Source: an uncultured Deinococcales bacterium (GTDB lineage Bacteria > Deinococcota > Deinococci > Deinococcales > JAAFIG01). From it: a stretch of DNA of 64,000 nucleotides. Shown here in pieces: positions 1-9,762 of the stretch. The position numbers were made by a program, and so were the translations under genes. Position 1 is the stretch's first letter, and each line of letters begins with the position of its first letter. The notes beneath the pieces are model-generated. The model was not told where the DNA came from and did no database searches. It was given only the letters and a program-made list of their open reading frames with translations. The stretch is from assembly GCA_964247135.1 (NCBI GenBank), contig CAXTTL010000001.1:1-64000 (forward strand), written 5' to 3'.

Positions 1-737
1 TGGCGGTGCTGGGTTTTCTGGGCGATCAGGAAATTCGCTTTAAGATCACGCACCTTGGCGAAGTGGACGCGCTTACCTCGAAAGTCATTTTGTCTGAACT
101 CGAGACCTATGCGATGCAGATTCCTAACCTCAGTTTCAGTCCCTCGAGTGGCTTAGAACTCAGCAGCTTGGTGCGTCACCAACCCGAAAAACGTCTCGAG
201 ACGTTTCAAGCCTTGCTCAACCTAGCAAAACCTGATCTCGAGCATCTGCACCGTCTGCTGATCGCCACATTGATTGGAGATTTTGCCACCGCCACCGATG
301 GGCAATTCGAGCAACGCCGCCGCAAGCTCAAAGTCGATTCGTTGATCGCGGCACTGGCGGCGCACCTGGGCGTGAAGGGTGGTGAGGCGCTCGAGGTTTC
401 AGAGGAGTACCTGAAAACAATCGGCTTCCGCAAGGCGAAATTGCGCCCGTATTTGATCGCAGCCTTCGGTGAGCAACTGGCGGGTGCGCTGCTCGAGAAT
501 CCCAAGGCAAAGATCATCGCAGAATTTATGAATCAAAAAACCAAGTTACCCGAAGGCTTCACGCCACCAGAACTTAGCTTTGAGGACAATTCTGGTGAGA
601 CGGTTAAGCTCGAGGTATTGGTTGATGACTTTGACGACAACGATGCGACACTCGAGGACGACCCGAACCTGATTTCAGAAGAGGACTTGAGTTTCCTCGA
701 GCATCTCGAGCCTGAGCACATGGCTTCTGCCGACTAA
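1..737 (+). CDS. Hypothetical protein, 5'-partial (runs off window), acidic C-terminus
   Basis: Open frame from the window edge to TAA at 735-737, followed by a terminator; no recognisable motif. Confidence 0.6.
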   Translation, partial: AVLGFLGDQEIRFKITHLGEVDALTSKVILSELETYAMQIPNLSFSPSSGLELSSLVRHQPEKRLETFQALLNLAKPDLEHLHRLLIATLIGDFATATDGQFEQRRRKLKVDSLIAALAAHLGVKGGEALEVSEEYLKTIGFRKAKLRPYLIAAFGEQLAGALLENPKAKIIAEFMNQKTKLPEGFTPPELSFEDNSGETVKLEVLVDDFDDNDATLEDDPNLISEEDLSFLEHLEPEHMASAD

Positions 738-744
738 AAAAAAT

Positions 745-779
745 ACCAAGAGCGAGACCATAATGGTTTCGCTCTTGGT
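745..779. terminator. Intrinsic terminator, possibly bidirectional
   Basis: accaagagcgagacc-ataat-ggtttcgctcttggt stem between convergent genes, with an A-run on the left. Confidence 0.8.
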
Positions 780-795
780 TCTCCTGCGAGGAGGT

Positions 796-2253
796 TCAGG
801 CAGTCACTCGAGAGTTCAAGCGCCGCATCTGCAAACGCATTACCTCGAGATCAGCCGTGCCACGCAACCAAATCTCACCGCAGGACGTGCCAAGTCCGAG
901 CAGTCGTTCCGAACCGCGTTTGGGTGGGGCGACAAACCATGAGCAATCCTCGTTCGAGGTTGACTTGGGTTTGTCGTCACGCACGCTCAAGACCTTGGTC
1001 TCGAGTTCGATCACCCGCATCTCGCCGCGTTGCAACGCTCGACTGTTGCGGGGTTTGGCAACCCGCTTGATCGTGCCACCGCGAATCAAATCATGCTCGA
1101 GATTGACAGTTGAAACAGGATCATCGGTACGCCAACAGCGCACTCGAGCCACCTCTTCATCATCCACAATCACCCGTGCGTAACCCGTTTCGCGGCTCGA
1201 GGCTTCAAAGTGCAACGTCTCGCTGACCTCAAACACCTCGGGGTAACATTCCACTTGTGGAAGTGCATCCTCTGGTGGCTCGAGGGTCGGCAGTTCATCC
1301 AAAATAACTGGGGCACTGAGTTTGGGGTAACGCTTGGCAAGCAGTTGAGCTTGCAATTGCATCACCTTCACCAAAGCTTGCACCTTTGGATGCGAGACTT
1401 GCCACTCGAGATGCTCGCCACGATTCAACGCCGCCGCGATTGCCGCCACGTACTTCCTCGAGCGCCCACGACCTTTTGCAACCTCATTGAAACAAACCTT
1501 CAGCATGTCTGCACGACAGGTGTAGCGTGCAGTCTCCCGTCCATTTGCCGTGACCGTCACGACAAAAGGAAATCGGGGATAGAGGTCGCTCGAGGTTGCC
1601 CAGCCGCCCGCACCGTTGTATCCAGCCTGCCAACGCTTTTGCGTTGTCTCACTTGGAGTCCAGCGCTCATCGCGGTAGACCCTCAAACTCGAGCTTGGCT
1701 TGAGGCTGTTGGCTTGGGCAGAAATTGCGGCATTGGCTCGAGTTGCGGCTTTTCGATTGGCTGGATGCCAAGCATTTAAAGCCTGAACTCCAGACGCTCG
1801 AGCTTGCAACCGATCTGCCAGCTTGCACACCGCGTAGACAACCGCCTGAGCACCTTCACGTTCGTTCGGCAGCGCATCCACCAAGACCCGTTTACCCTGA
1901 ATCTTGGCTCGAGCCGCCGCGTACAAATCGCGTCGCAGTTGAGCGCAATCCTCGCTCAATCCAGCGAAACGTTGCCTCAAGAATGCCAGAAACGACTCCT
2001 TACTGCCCAAGATTGCGCTTTGAACCTCGAGGTCGAGATGCGAAACAAACTGGTGAACAGAAAGCATAAACACTCCTGTCTCCAGGTCGTGCGGTGTCGC
2101 TCGAGCGCCCAGGGGCGTGCGAACGACGTGTTCGCACACCTGGGATGGTGAAAGGTCTTCGCCGCTAAACAACAACGGCAACTCGAGCCAATTTGTGAAT
2201 GGCTTGCAGTGAACCTCCTCTCTGTCAAGAAACCCGATGGTGTCCTCGTCCAA
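796..2253 (-). CDS. Hypothetical protein (485 aa)
   Basis: Long ORF converging on the terminator; no family recognised; start uncertain. Confidence 0.6.
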   Translation of the reverse strand: MDEDTIGFLDREEVHCKPFTNWLELPLLFSGEDLSPSQVCEHVVRTPLGARATPHDLETGVFMLSVHQFVSHLDLEVQSAILGSKESFLAFLRQRFAGLSEDCAQLRRDLYAAARAKIQGKRVLVDALPNEREGAQAVVYAVCKLADRLQARASGVQALNAWHPANRKAATRANAAISAQANSLKPSSSLRVYRDERWTPSETTQKRWQAGYNGAGGWATSSDLYPRFPFVVTVTANGRETARYTCRADMLKVCFNEVAKGRGRSRKYVAAIAAALNRGEHLEWQVSHPKVQALVKVMQLQAQLLAKRYPKLSAPVILDELPTLEPPEDALPQVECYPEVFEVSETLHFEASSRETGYARVIVDDEEVARVRCWRTDDPVSTVNLEHDLIRGGTIKRVAKPRNSRALQRGEMRVIELETKVLSVRDDKPKSTSNEDCSWFVAPPKRGSERLLGLGTSCGEIWLRGTADLEVMRLQMRRLNSRVTA

Positions 2254-2385
2254 TTACGAGGCTTGCATCAGGTCAAGTTTCTTGACCGACTGAGGTCGAC
2301 CGAGCGCCCTCGCGTTTCGGGATGTCAAAAAGAGCGCTTGACATCCCTTCACGCTCGAGCCGTCCAGAACAGGAAGGAGGTGTTG

Positions 2386-2700
2386 ATGGTTGAGATTCGG
2401 GTATTGAACAAACACAGTGTTGGTGATCGTGGCGAATATGTTGGACGACCCAGCGCACTCGGCAATCCCTTCAAGCTCGAGCATGAATCACAAAGAGACC
2501 ACGTGATCCAGCAATACGAAACTTGGTTACAAGACCGCATTGCAGCTCGAGATTTACAGGTCTGTCACGAACTCAATCGGCTCTATCGCATCGTTCGAGA
2601 TCAGGGTGTGCTCGAGTTGACCTGTTGGTGTGCGCCCAAACCTTGTCATGCCGATGTGATCCGAAGCATTTTGCTCGAGGCAATGAACGAAAGGAGGTGA
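2386..2700 (+). CDS. DUF4326 domain protein
   Basis: YVGRPSALGNPF and LTCWCAPKPCHADVI motifs; RBS aggagg before ATG 2386. Confidence 0.85.
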   Translation: MVEIRVLNKHSVGDRGEYVGRPSALGNPFKLEHESQRDHVIQQYETWLQDRIAARDLQVCHELNRLYRIVRDQGVLELTCWCAPKPCHADVIRSILLEAMNERR

Positions 2701-2703
2701 ACT

Positions 2704-2919
2704 ATGGCATTGCAAAAAGGCGACAAGCAGAATTTCCAAACCCTGCTGACCGCCGCTTCAAACGGACATTTGGCATTGCTCGAGTGTCTGGATTCGGCAT
2801 CAGGCGAAACGCGAAGTGTGGTCTGTGCGGTCAACCAGGTCGGCGAGGAATACGAATTTGTACCGTTGGCAAAACTGTTTACGGGCAATCCTTACGACGA
2901 ACTCAACCCACCAACTTAA
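2704..2919 (+). CDS. DUF6117-like small plasmid/ICE protein
   Basis: NFQTLL.AA.NG.LALLEC.D...GE.R.V.CAV...GNPYD pattern; RBS aggagg. Confidence 0.7.
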   Translation: MALQKGDKQNFQTLLTAASNGHLALLECLDSASGETRSVVCAVNQVGEEYEFVPLAKLFTGNPYDELNPPT

Positions 2920-2930
2920 AGGAGGTCATC

Positions 2931-3653
2931 ATGTACGGACTGAACGATGTTACCTTGGTCGGCACGCTGGCTCGAGCGCCTGAACTGGCGTACACCCCAA
3001 ACGGCACTGCGGTTTTGCGCTTCACGCTCACAGGCGAAGAGCGCATCATCAACTCGAACAATGAGATCAAAACCCTGACATTTTTTCACGCCGTCAAACT
3101 GATCGGCTCGAGGGCAGAAGACCTGGCAGATTTGCAAGCAGGTGCGGCATTGATCGTCACGGGCAAATTGGATTTCTCGAGTTGGGAGGATGCTGAAGGC
3201 GACAAGCATTCGAGGCTCGAGGTGTTGGGACTTCGGGTCACAGAAGTGGTGAAAACCACTCGAGGCTCGAGCGGTGTGAACTTGGTTCGGGTGGGTGGCA
3301 ACCTGACCCGAGATGCCGAATTGAAAACCACCAACACCGGAATTCCTGTCCTAAATTTGTCGATTGCCATCAACGAATCGTGGAAGAAGGGCAAGCAGTT
3401 CTTCGAGAAAACGCATTATGTGGACATCACCGTTTGGGGCGCATTGGCGGAAGCTTACGCCGAGATCAAGAAAGGTTCGGGCGTGTTCATCACGGGGCGT
3501 TTGTTCAACGACACTTGGACAGATAACGCTGGTAAGAAACACTCGAGCCTCAAAGTTGAAGCCGCGCACCTCGAGGAGATTTTTCGCAAACCTCGGGTCG
3601 AAGCCAAGTTTGCCTTAAAGCCTGCGCGACAAGTTGTTTCCAGTCCCGCGTAA
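2931..3653 (+). CDS. ssb: Single-stranded DNA-binding protein, Deinococcus-Thermus two-OB-fold type
   Basis: Two OB repeats (LNDVTLVGTLARAPELAYTPNG; VNLVRVGGNLTRDAELKTT..THYVDITVWG); RBS ggagg. Confidence 0.92.
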   Translation: MYGLNDVTLVGTLARAPELAYTPNGTAVLRFTLTGEERIINSNNEIKTLTFFHAVKLIGSRAEDLADLQAGAALIVTGKLDFSSWEDAEGDKHSRLEVLGLRVTEVVKTTRGSSGVNLVRVGGNLTRDAELKTTNTGIPVLNLSIAINESWKKGKQFFEKTHYVDITVWGALAEAYAEIKKGSGVFITGRLFNDTWTDNAGKKHSSLKVEAAHLEEIFRKPRVEAKFALKPARQVVSSPA

Positions 3654-3720
3654 GTTCACCCGCCATTCCCAGACCGCTCGAGCCTAAAAGCTCGAGCGGA
3701 ATTTTGTTTTGGAGGACAAC

Positions 3721-4491
3721 ATGACACAGATCATTGCACCCGCCGCCAGCCTCGAGCATATCCCCAGCATTTATGCCACCCATCCCAGCGAAAAAGTCAG
3801 TGAACGATACGGCTTTATTCCGACCAGCGTGGTGGTTCACGCCCTCGAGCAAGCGGGATTCGTGGCGGTCAAAGCACGGGCAGCTCGAGCTTCACAGGAA
3901 CGGGCGGCTTTTGCCAAGCACCTGATTCGCTTTCGTCACCGTGATTACCAGATCACCCAAGTCGGCGATTGGCTGCCCGAGGTGGTGCTGGTCAACAGCC
4001 ACGATGGAAGCTCGAGTTACCAGATCATGGCGGGTGTCTACCGCCTGGTGTGCAGCAACGGTTTGGTGGTCGGGAACTCGCTGATGGATGCCCGAATCAG
4101 GCACACCAAAAACGCCCCAGACGAAATCGTGGAGGCGAGTTACCGTGTGATTCAAGCGCTGCCTGGGCTTGCCGAAAGCGTCAGCGAAATGCGGTCTGTA
4201 AACCTCGAGTCGCTCGAGCGGGAGGCATTTGCGACGGCAGCATTGACCTTGCGTTACGCAGAAGAAACGCCGATTCGAGCAGGGCAATTGCTGAACACCA
4301 GACGCACTGTGGACAACTCGAGCGACCTGTGGACAACTTTGAATGTGGTGCAAGAGAATTTGATGCAAGGTGGTCAACGACGGGTGGACTCGAGACGGCG
4401 CACGCGGCGAATCTCGAGTGTAGGGGAAGATGTGCGCTTGAATCGGGCATTGTGGACATTGGCGGAAGAACTGAAACGCTTGCGGGGATAA
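3721..4491 (+). CDS. DUF932/DUF945 family protein (conjugative-element leading region)
   Basis: SERYGFIPT, KHLIRFR, NSHDGSSSYQIMAGVYRLVCSNGL, DLWTTLNVVQENL, LNRALWTLAE motifs. Confidence 0.9.
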   Translation: MTQIIAPAASLEHIPSIYATHPSEKVSERYGFIPTSVVVHALEQAGFVAVKARAARASQERAAFAKHLIRFRHRDYQITQVGDWLPEVVLVNSHDGSSSYQIMAGVYRLVCSNGLVVGNSLMDARIRHTKNAPDEIVEASYRVIQALPGLAESVSEMRSVNLESLEREAFATAALTLRYAEETPIRAGQLLNTRRTVDNSSDLWTTLNVVQENLMQGGQRRVDSRRRTRRISSVGEDVRLNRALWTLAEELKRLRG

Positions 4492-4500
4492 CGAAATGGC

Positions 4501-4533
4501 AAACCCCTCAAGTTTTTTTGACTTGAGGGGTTT
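4501..4533 (+). terminator. Intrinsic terminator
   Basis: Perfect 13-bp stem aaacccctcaagt / acttgaggggttt. Confidence 0.8.
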
Positions 4534-4885
4534 CGATTTATTTTCGGAACAAAGCTTGATAGCCTGAATGGTTTTTCAATTCTAAGTAAAAATCTTGGTA
4601 TCATCTTATTTCGGAGGTCATGAAATGAGAAAAAAAGTAAATCCTTATCTTGTGTTTCTTGCAGCCACGTTAGCTGCCACAATGATTTTCACTATCCTTG
4701 AAATAAACTCAAAATCTATCAATTCATTTGGGTGGTACAGTTCTAATCCAAAAGAAAGTGGATTTACACGATGGGTTAGCGCAATTACAATAATCGCTAT
4801 TAACCCCGCAAAGCAGCGATAAATTCTTGAGATTTTATCTCTCTTTATTTTCCCCTAACACTCTCAGCAAGCCCTCAGTCAAAAG

Positions 4886-6091
4886 TTGATGGACTTTCAA
4901 AACGCTCTGGCATTGCGTGAATTGAGTGCCAGTGATCTGCTCGAAGTCCTCAATCCAAGCGAAGCTTATGTAGACTATGCGCTCGCTGGAGACCATCTGT
5001 ATGCTTTTTCAATTTCACTTGATCGCCATGTTCGCTTGCATGATCTTGGCTCGAGTGCCGCCGCCAATGCCGTTCTTGAAGCATTTCGACACAACTTGGC
5101 TACAAATCAAACTGATGACAAGTCGCTAGACCAAACGGCTTTTTCTATTTTGATGAAACCACTGGGTACACAGCTTGTGGGTCTTCAGCGATTGGTTATT
5201 GTTCCAGATGGACAACTCCATTTCGTGCCTTTTGATCTGCTCAACGATGGAAAAGCAATCTTGCTCACACAGATGGAAATCCGAAACATTCCAAGTGGAC
5301 GCGATTTGATTCGCTTGCGCCGAACCAGACAATCAAACAATCCGTCCCATGCTGTGTTGTTCGGTGATCCCGATTTTCTCTCACGGGTCATCGGAAACAC
5401 CCGTTCTGCACAACAGAATAACAAAAGTGGAGACTGGGTGTTCGGTGATTGGTTACAAGCATTGCGTTTACCTCGACTGCCTGCCACGCGTCATGAAGTC
5501 AAAATGATCAAGCAATGCTTGCCCGAAGCCACAGTGTTTTTAGGCGAACACGCCAACGAAAACAACCTCTTTGCTGTCCAGTCGCCAGAAGTCTTACACC
5601 TTGCCACCCATGCCTTTGTCTACGGGGGTGATGATGTTCCAAACCCATTGTTACGGGCTTTCGTCTGTTTGACAGGGGCGCGATTGTCGTTGCTTGAAAA
5701 AGCGTCTGACGGATTGATTTCAGCACTTCGATTGTCCACACTCAATTTGAAAGACACAAAACTGGTTGTGCTCTCCGCCTGTCGAAGTGCGCTCGGCGAA
5801 ATCCGAAATGGCGAAGGTGTGGCAGGTCTCAACCAAGCGCTGTTCACGGCTGGGGCGCAGTGTGTCATCGGTGGTTTGTGGGCAGTCCCTGATGATGAGA
5901 CGGCAGAATTTATGGCAGCTTTTTATCGTCAGCTTGTCTACGGGAAAACTTCTGCAATGGCACTACGCGATGCGAAACTCGAGTATTCACAACATCACAC
6001 ACCACATCAATGGGCGGGGTTTGTTCTAAATGGGGAATCAATCAAACTTGAAGACAGCACAAATCTCTCCAAAATATCCAGGGTAAAATAA
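4886..6091 (+). CDS. CHAT (caspase-like) domain protein, probably an N-terminally truncated TPR-CHAT
   Basis: LVIVPDGQLHFVPF, LHLATHAF (catalytic His), VVLSACRS (catalytic Cys), LWAVPDDET, WAGFVL; no TPRs and no clear RBS. Confidence 0.85.
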   Translation: MMDFQNALALRELSASDLLEVLNPSEAYVDYALAGDHLYAFSISLDRHVRLHDLGSSAAANAVLEAFRHNLATNQTDDKSLDQTAFSILMKPLGTQLVGLQRLVIVPDGQLHFVPFDLLNDGKAILLTQMEIRNIPSGRDLIRLRRTRQSNNPSHAVLFGDPDFLSRVIGNTRSAQQNNKSGDWVFGDWLQALRLPRLPATRHEVKMIKQCLPEATVFLGEHANENNLFAVQSPEVLHLATHAFVYGGDDVPNPLLRAFVCLTGARLSLLEKASDGLISALRLSTLNLKDTKLVVLSACRSALGEIRNGEGVAGLNQALFTAGAQCVIGGLWAVPDDETAEFMAAFYRQLVYGKTSAMALRDAKLEYSQHHTPHQWAGFVLNGESIKLEDSTNLSKISRVK

Positions 6092-6232
6092 TTCTTACAA
6101 CAACTTGTAGGGCGTCGGGTCATGGGCTTTTGTCTGAAACGTAAATCGTACACTCCGCAAGAAACCTGAGTCACTTACACGCACAAGAATCAACCTCGAG
6201 ATTTTCTCGAGGTTCGTTTTTATGCTTCCTCA

Positions 6233-6721
6233 ATGGTTGATTTTCAATTTTCCTCCCATGAAATACCCTTGAAATACCATGCTGCTAGCGTGCCTTTCAT
6301 GTTGACACAACAGCGGGAAGTAACGGTGACGGTTGATGCCCAAAAACATTGGTTTTCCCTCGAGTGCGGCAAGGTTCAGCAGCCTTTCCAGGGGTGGTTG
6401 GTTGGCACGGCTTCAAGCTCGAGTTTGCAGGGTGTCGCACGCATTGATTTTCGACTTCCAATGCAGCCAGCCAGCCACTTGACTTTGGAAGCCAGCATTG
6501 AACTGACCGTGTTCAATCAAACCGAGATGCACCACTGTTCGCTCGAGGAACTGCTTGAAGACATTCAACTTCACAAACGCGACGTGAGGTTGTGGTTGGT
6601 GGCGCTCCAAATTTTTCGAGCCATTCCCAAGCACAGTACGCCGGACTGGTTGCCACATTTTTTGGCAAATGCCGAACTTCATACGCTGCCAAAAACAGTT
6701 GGTGGAGGTGATGAGGCATGA
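6233..6721 (+). CDS. Hypothetical protein coupled to the downstream regulator
   Basis: ATGA overlap with 6718; possible leaderless -10 boxes before ATG 6233 (tatgct) or ATG 6299 (tagcgt). Confidence 0.6.
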   Translation: MVDFQFSSHEIPLKYHAASVPFMLTQQREVTVTVDAQKHWFSLECGKVQQPFQGWLVGTASSSSLQGVARIDFRLPMQPASHLTLEASIELTVFNQTEMHHCSLEELLEDIQLHKRDVRLWLVALQIFRAIPKHSTPDWLPHFLANAELHTLPKTVGGGDEA

Positions 6722-9700
6722 CGTTCCGTTTGCAATTGCTCGGTTTACCGAAACTCGTGGATCAACACATGGGTCTCGAGGCGTATTTGAGCACCAACAA
6801 ACCCACCCGCTTGCTGGCGTACATGGTGGCTCGGGTCGATTGGGAGGCGTTCAGCACCCTGGAATTTCTGGCGGATTTGGTGGGACAAACCGAAAAAACA
6901 AGTGTTGTGCGAACCATATTTCATCGCGCTTCCAAGGATTTAAGTGAATTGACCAGCGAGCAAAGAAGTCTGGTGGCAGGGTTGTTTTATAAAAATTTTG
7001 CTGGAAAGTACCGCAGCATCATCCAAAACGACGTTCAAGAGTTTCGTCAAGCGATCCAACAATCCAATTGGCAAAAAGCAGTCCGTTTGTACCACGGTGA
7101 GTTCTTGCAAGGCATGAAGCTGGAGGTTTCAAACACAAACGAAGCCGAAAGTGGTCTGCTCAACGCCCTTGCCAGCATTCGTCAAGAATTGTTTGAGTCT
7201 TGGTTAATAGCACGAATAAAGCTTGTTGAACGTTACCGCAAAGACCCCCTGGTGCCAGGGAGCGTGAAAGACGCCATTCAAGATTTAACTCAACTGCTGG
7301 CGGTCAGCAGTCGGGTTGAAAATCCAGAATTGGGCAAAAAATTGGTGGGTTTCGCCATTGATTTTGCGCTCTTTGCGGGAGAACCACACCTGGCTCGGAA
7401 ATGGTACGACGCCTATGTGGAGTCACTCCCTGAAGGTCTTGAACCCGATCTCGAGGTGACGAAGTTACTCGAGTCCATTTCATCGCTCGGAGATGTCAAC
7501 CACGGCGAAAAGATCAACACCCTCGGTTTTAAGGGACGCGGGAACGAGTACGAGCATTTGTGCGAATTGTTTGCCAACCCCAATTGTCGCTTGCTTTCCA
7601 TCCTTGGACCTGGCGGCATTGGCAAATCGTTGCTTGCCGCAAAATTGTACAACCATGAGGTTTTCAAACAAAAGCAGGTTTTAACATCAGCCTTGGGGCG
7701 TTTTCGTGACGGCTTAAACCACGTCTCAATGCGGGGGGTTCGTAGCGCCCAAGATGCGTTTCGGGCGATTGCCGCAGCCACAAAAATAACGTTTTGCCAA
7801 CCGAGCCTGCCACCCCAAACCGAACTTCTGCACGCCTTCAAAGGACAAGAGCGCCTGATTTTTCTGGACAACTTCGAGGACGCCCTGCCGTTTCCAGAAG
7901 TTCGAGCCTTCCTGAACGACGTGCTGTTTGAGTCACCAAAAATCAAATTCTTGGTGACCTCTCGAGAACGCCTCGAGCAACTGCATCCACCGTTGTTGAT
8001 TGGACTCGAAGAGCGTTACGAACTGGCAGGAATGAACCCTCAAGATGCCGAAATTTTGCTGGTGTCTTTGGCGGAACAAGAAAAACCTGGCAGCAGCAAA
8101 AACCTCGATGAACACGTGCTCCAGGCTTTTTACAACATGGTGAGGGGTTATCCATTGTTGATGGAATTGGCAGCCAAGAATTTTGGGGATCAAGCGCTGA
8201 ACGAGCACCTATCGGCATTGCTCGGACATCTTGACCACAAGGTTTTCACCCAAGCACAACAGGTGATTCTCGAGCAATCTGTCGCTCGGTTGCCAACCAA
8301 AACCCAACAGGCATTTTACCAGTTGAGCGTTTTCCCTTACCGGTTTACGCAAGATGCAGCCCAGAACGTCAGCGACTGTACCCTCGAACACCTGAACTTA
8401 CTGATTCGGCATTCACTGGTGCAGCGGCTCGAGCAGGGCGGGATGCTGCACCCAGTCTTGCGTGAACTGGCGTTTGCAACACTCGAGCCAACACAACAAA
8501 CAGCCTTGCAAGAAAAACACCTCGAGTATCACTTGAAGGCAGTGGCAAGTAACCAAGAGCAGATTCGGTGGATGCACGACTTGGCAAATTTACGCCTGGC
8601 GTGGGAAACACTGTTTAGGGCGGCAAATCCAAACCCAGATCAAATTGCTGAGCAAGCAAAACTCGCACAAAACCTTGGGTTGCTGGTTGAAACTCGAGAT
8701 TTGGCAGGATTCACCTTAAAACACGCCCTGACACCATCACATGCTCAAGCGACGGCTCATTTGATCTTGGCTCAACTTGAACGCCGTCAAAACATTGGGG
8801 CAGCCCAATTGCACCTCGAGCAGGTGGCAGTCTCGTGCAAGGCTTTGAATCTGATTGATCTCGAGCCAACACTTGCACTTGAGCAAGGACTCAATTTCTT
8901 AAATCATGATCTTGAAGCGGCTAAGAATGCCTTTGAGACAGCATTGCACGGTTTTGAAAAGCAACAACAGCCTTTGGGCGCGGCGAAATCCCACCGTCAA
9001 CTTGCCAGGGTCGCCAACGAGGCGCGACAATTTGAGGTCGCGCAACAACACCTAACAGCAGCCCTGACGAATTTACAACACCTGAACGAACCCCTTGAAC
9101 AAGCCAACGTCTTGACCGTGCTTGGCATTGTTTCAATTGAACAAAAAGATTATTTAAAAGCGAGGCAATTCATTCATGCGAGTACCGATTTGTACACCAG
9201 AATTGGTGTGCAATCCACGCAGCATTTTATTGCCCTCAACAACGGCACGCTTGGACATATCGAACGTGACCTTGGTAATTTTGAAGCATCCCTTGACCAT
9301 TACTTTGCGGCTCGAGAGGTTTTTAGCGGCACAAACGACCAGAAAAACCTGGGCAATGTGTACGCAGGCATTGGTGCGGTGCAAACCCAACAGCGCCATA
9401 TTCAAGAATCGCTTGAGAGTTTAGACACCGCCCTGACACTCTCAAGCGAACTTGGAGCGCCAGCGCGACAACTCGAGAACCTGTACTTGATAGCCGACGC
9501 GCTGCGTTTTATTGGTTCGCAAGATGGATTTCGGCGGTCTAAAGGTTTGGTGGATTGGTTGATTCAATCCCAGCACCCAGCCTTAGAACAACCCGTTTTT
9601 GAAAATGCCCAAAACTTACTTCTAAAACTCGAGATCAACGAGGTTTTTAGCTGGGGCAAGGAATTAAATGAAATTGTTCAAGCTGTCCTCGAGTACCTCA

Positions 9701-9723
9701 AAGCGATCTTGAGACAGCCGTGA
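6718..9723 (+). CDS. SARP/AfsR-like regulator: wHTH-BTAD + NB-ARC (STAND) ATPase + TPR
   Basis: FRLQLLGLP N-terminus, AVRLYHGEFLQG, Walker A GPGGIGKS, Walker B LIFLDNFE, LVTSRERL, GYPLLMELAA, C-terminal TPRs. Confidence 0.88.
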   Translation: MTFRLQLLGLPKLVDQHMGLEAYLSTNKPTRLLAYMVARVDWEAFSTLEFLADLVGQTEKTSVVRTIFHRASKDLSELTSEQRSLVAGLFYKNFAGKYRSIIQNDVQEFRQAIQQSNWQKAVRLYHGEFLQGMKLEVSNTNEAESGLLNALASIRQELFESWLIARIKLVERYRKDPLVPGSVKDAIQDLTQLLAVSSRVENPELGKKLVGFAIDFALFAGEPHLARKWYDAYVESLPEGLEPDLEVTKLLESISSLGDVNHGEKINTLGFKGRGNEYEHLCELFANPNCRLLSILGPGGIGKSLLAAKLYNHEVFKQKQVLTSALGRFRDGLNHVSMRGVRSAQDAFRAIAAATKITFCQPSLPPQTELLHAFKGQERLIFLDNFEDALPFPEVRAFLNDVLFESPKIKFLVTSRERLEQLHPPLLIGLEERYELAGMNPQDAEILLVSLAEQEKPGSSKNLDEHVLQAFYNMVRGYPLLMELAAKNFGDQALNEHLSALLGHLDHKVFTQAQQVILEQSVARLPTKTQQAFYQLSVFPYRFTQDAAQNVSDCTLEHLNLLIRHSLVQRLEQGGMLHPVLRELAFATLEPTQQTALQEKHLEYHLKAVASNQEQIRWMHDLANLRLAWETLFRAANPNPDQIAEQAKLAQNLGLLVETRDLAGFTLKHALTPSHAQATAHLILAQLERRQNIGAAQLHLEQVAVSCKALNLIDLEPTLALEQGLNFLNHDLEAAKNAFETALHGFEKQQQPLGAAKSHRQLARVANEARQFEVAQQHLTAALTNLQHLNEPLEQANVLTVLGIVSIEQKDYLKARQFIHASTDLYTRIGVQSTQHFIALNNGTLGHIERDLGNFEASLDHYFAAREVFSGTNDQKNLGNVYAGIGAVQTQQRHIQESLESLDTALTLSSELGAPARQLENLYLIADALRFIGSQDGFRRSKGLVDWLIQSQHPALEQPVFENAQNLLLKLEINEVFSWGKELNEIVQAVLEYLKAILRQP

Positions 9724-9762
9724 AACAAGAATCGAGTTCACTGAAATTCTAAGGAGATCACC

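Noticed and set aside
2523-2930. N-terminal extension of SSB (376-aa ORF)
   Set aside because: It overlaps two better-supported genes; the true start is ATG 2931 with an RBS
4595-4822. Small hydrophobic ORF in the AT-rich patch
   Set aside because: Plausible RBS (ggagg) but no recognisable family; probably a fragment and not supportable
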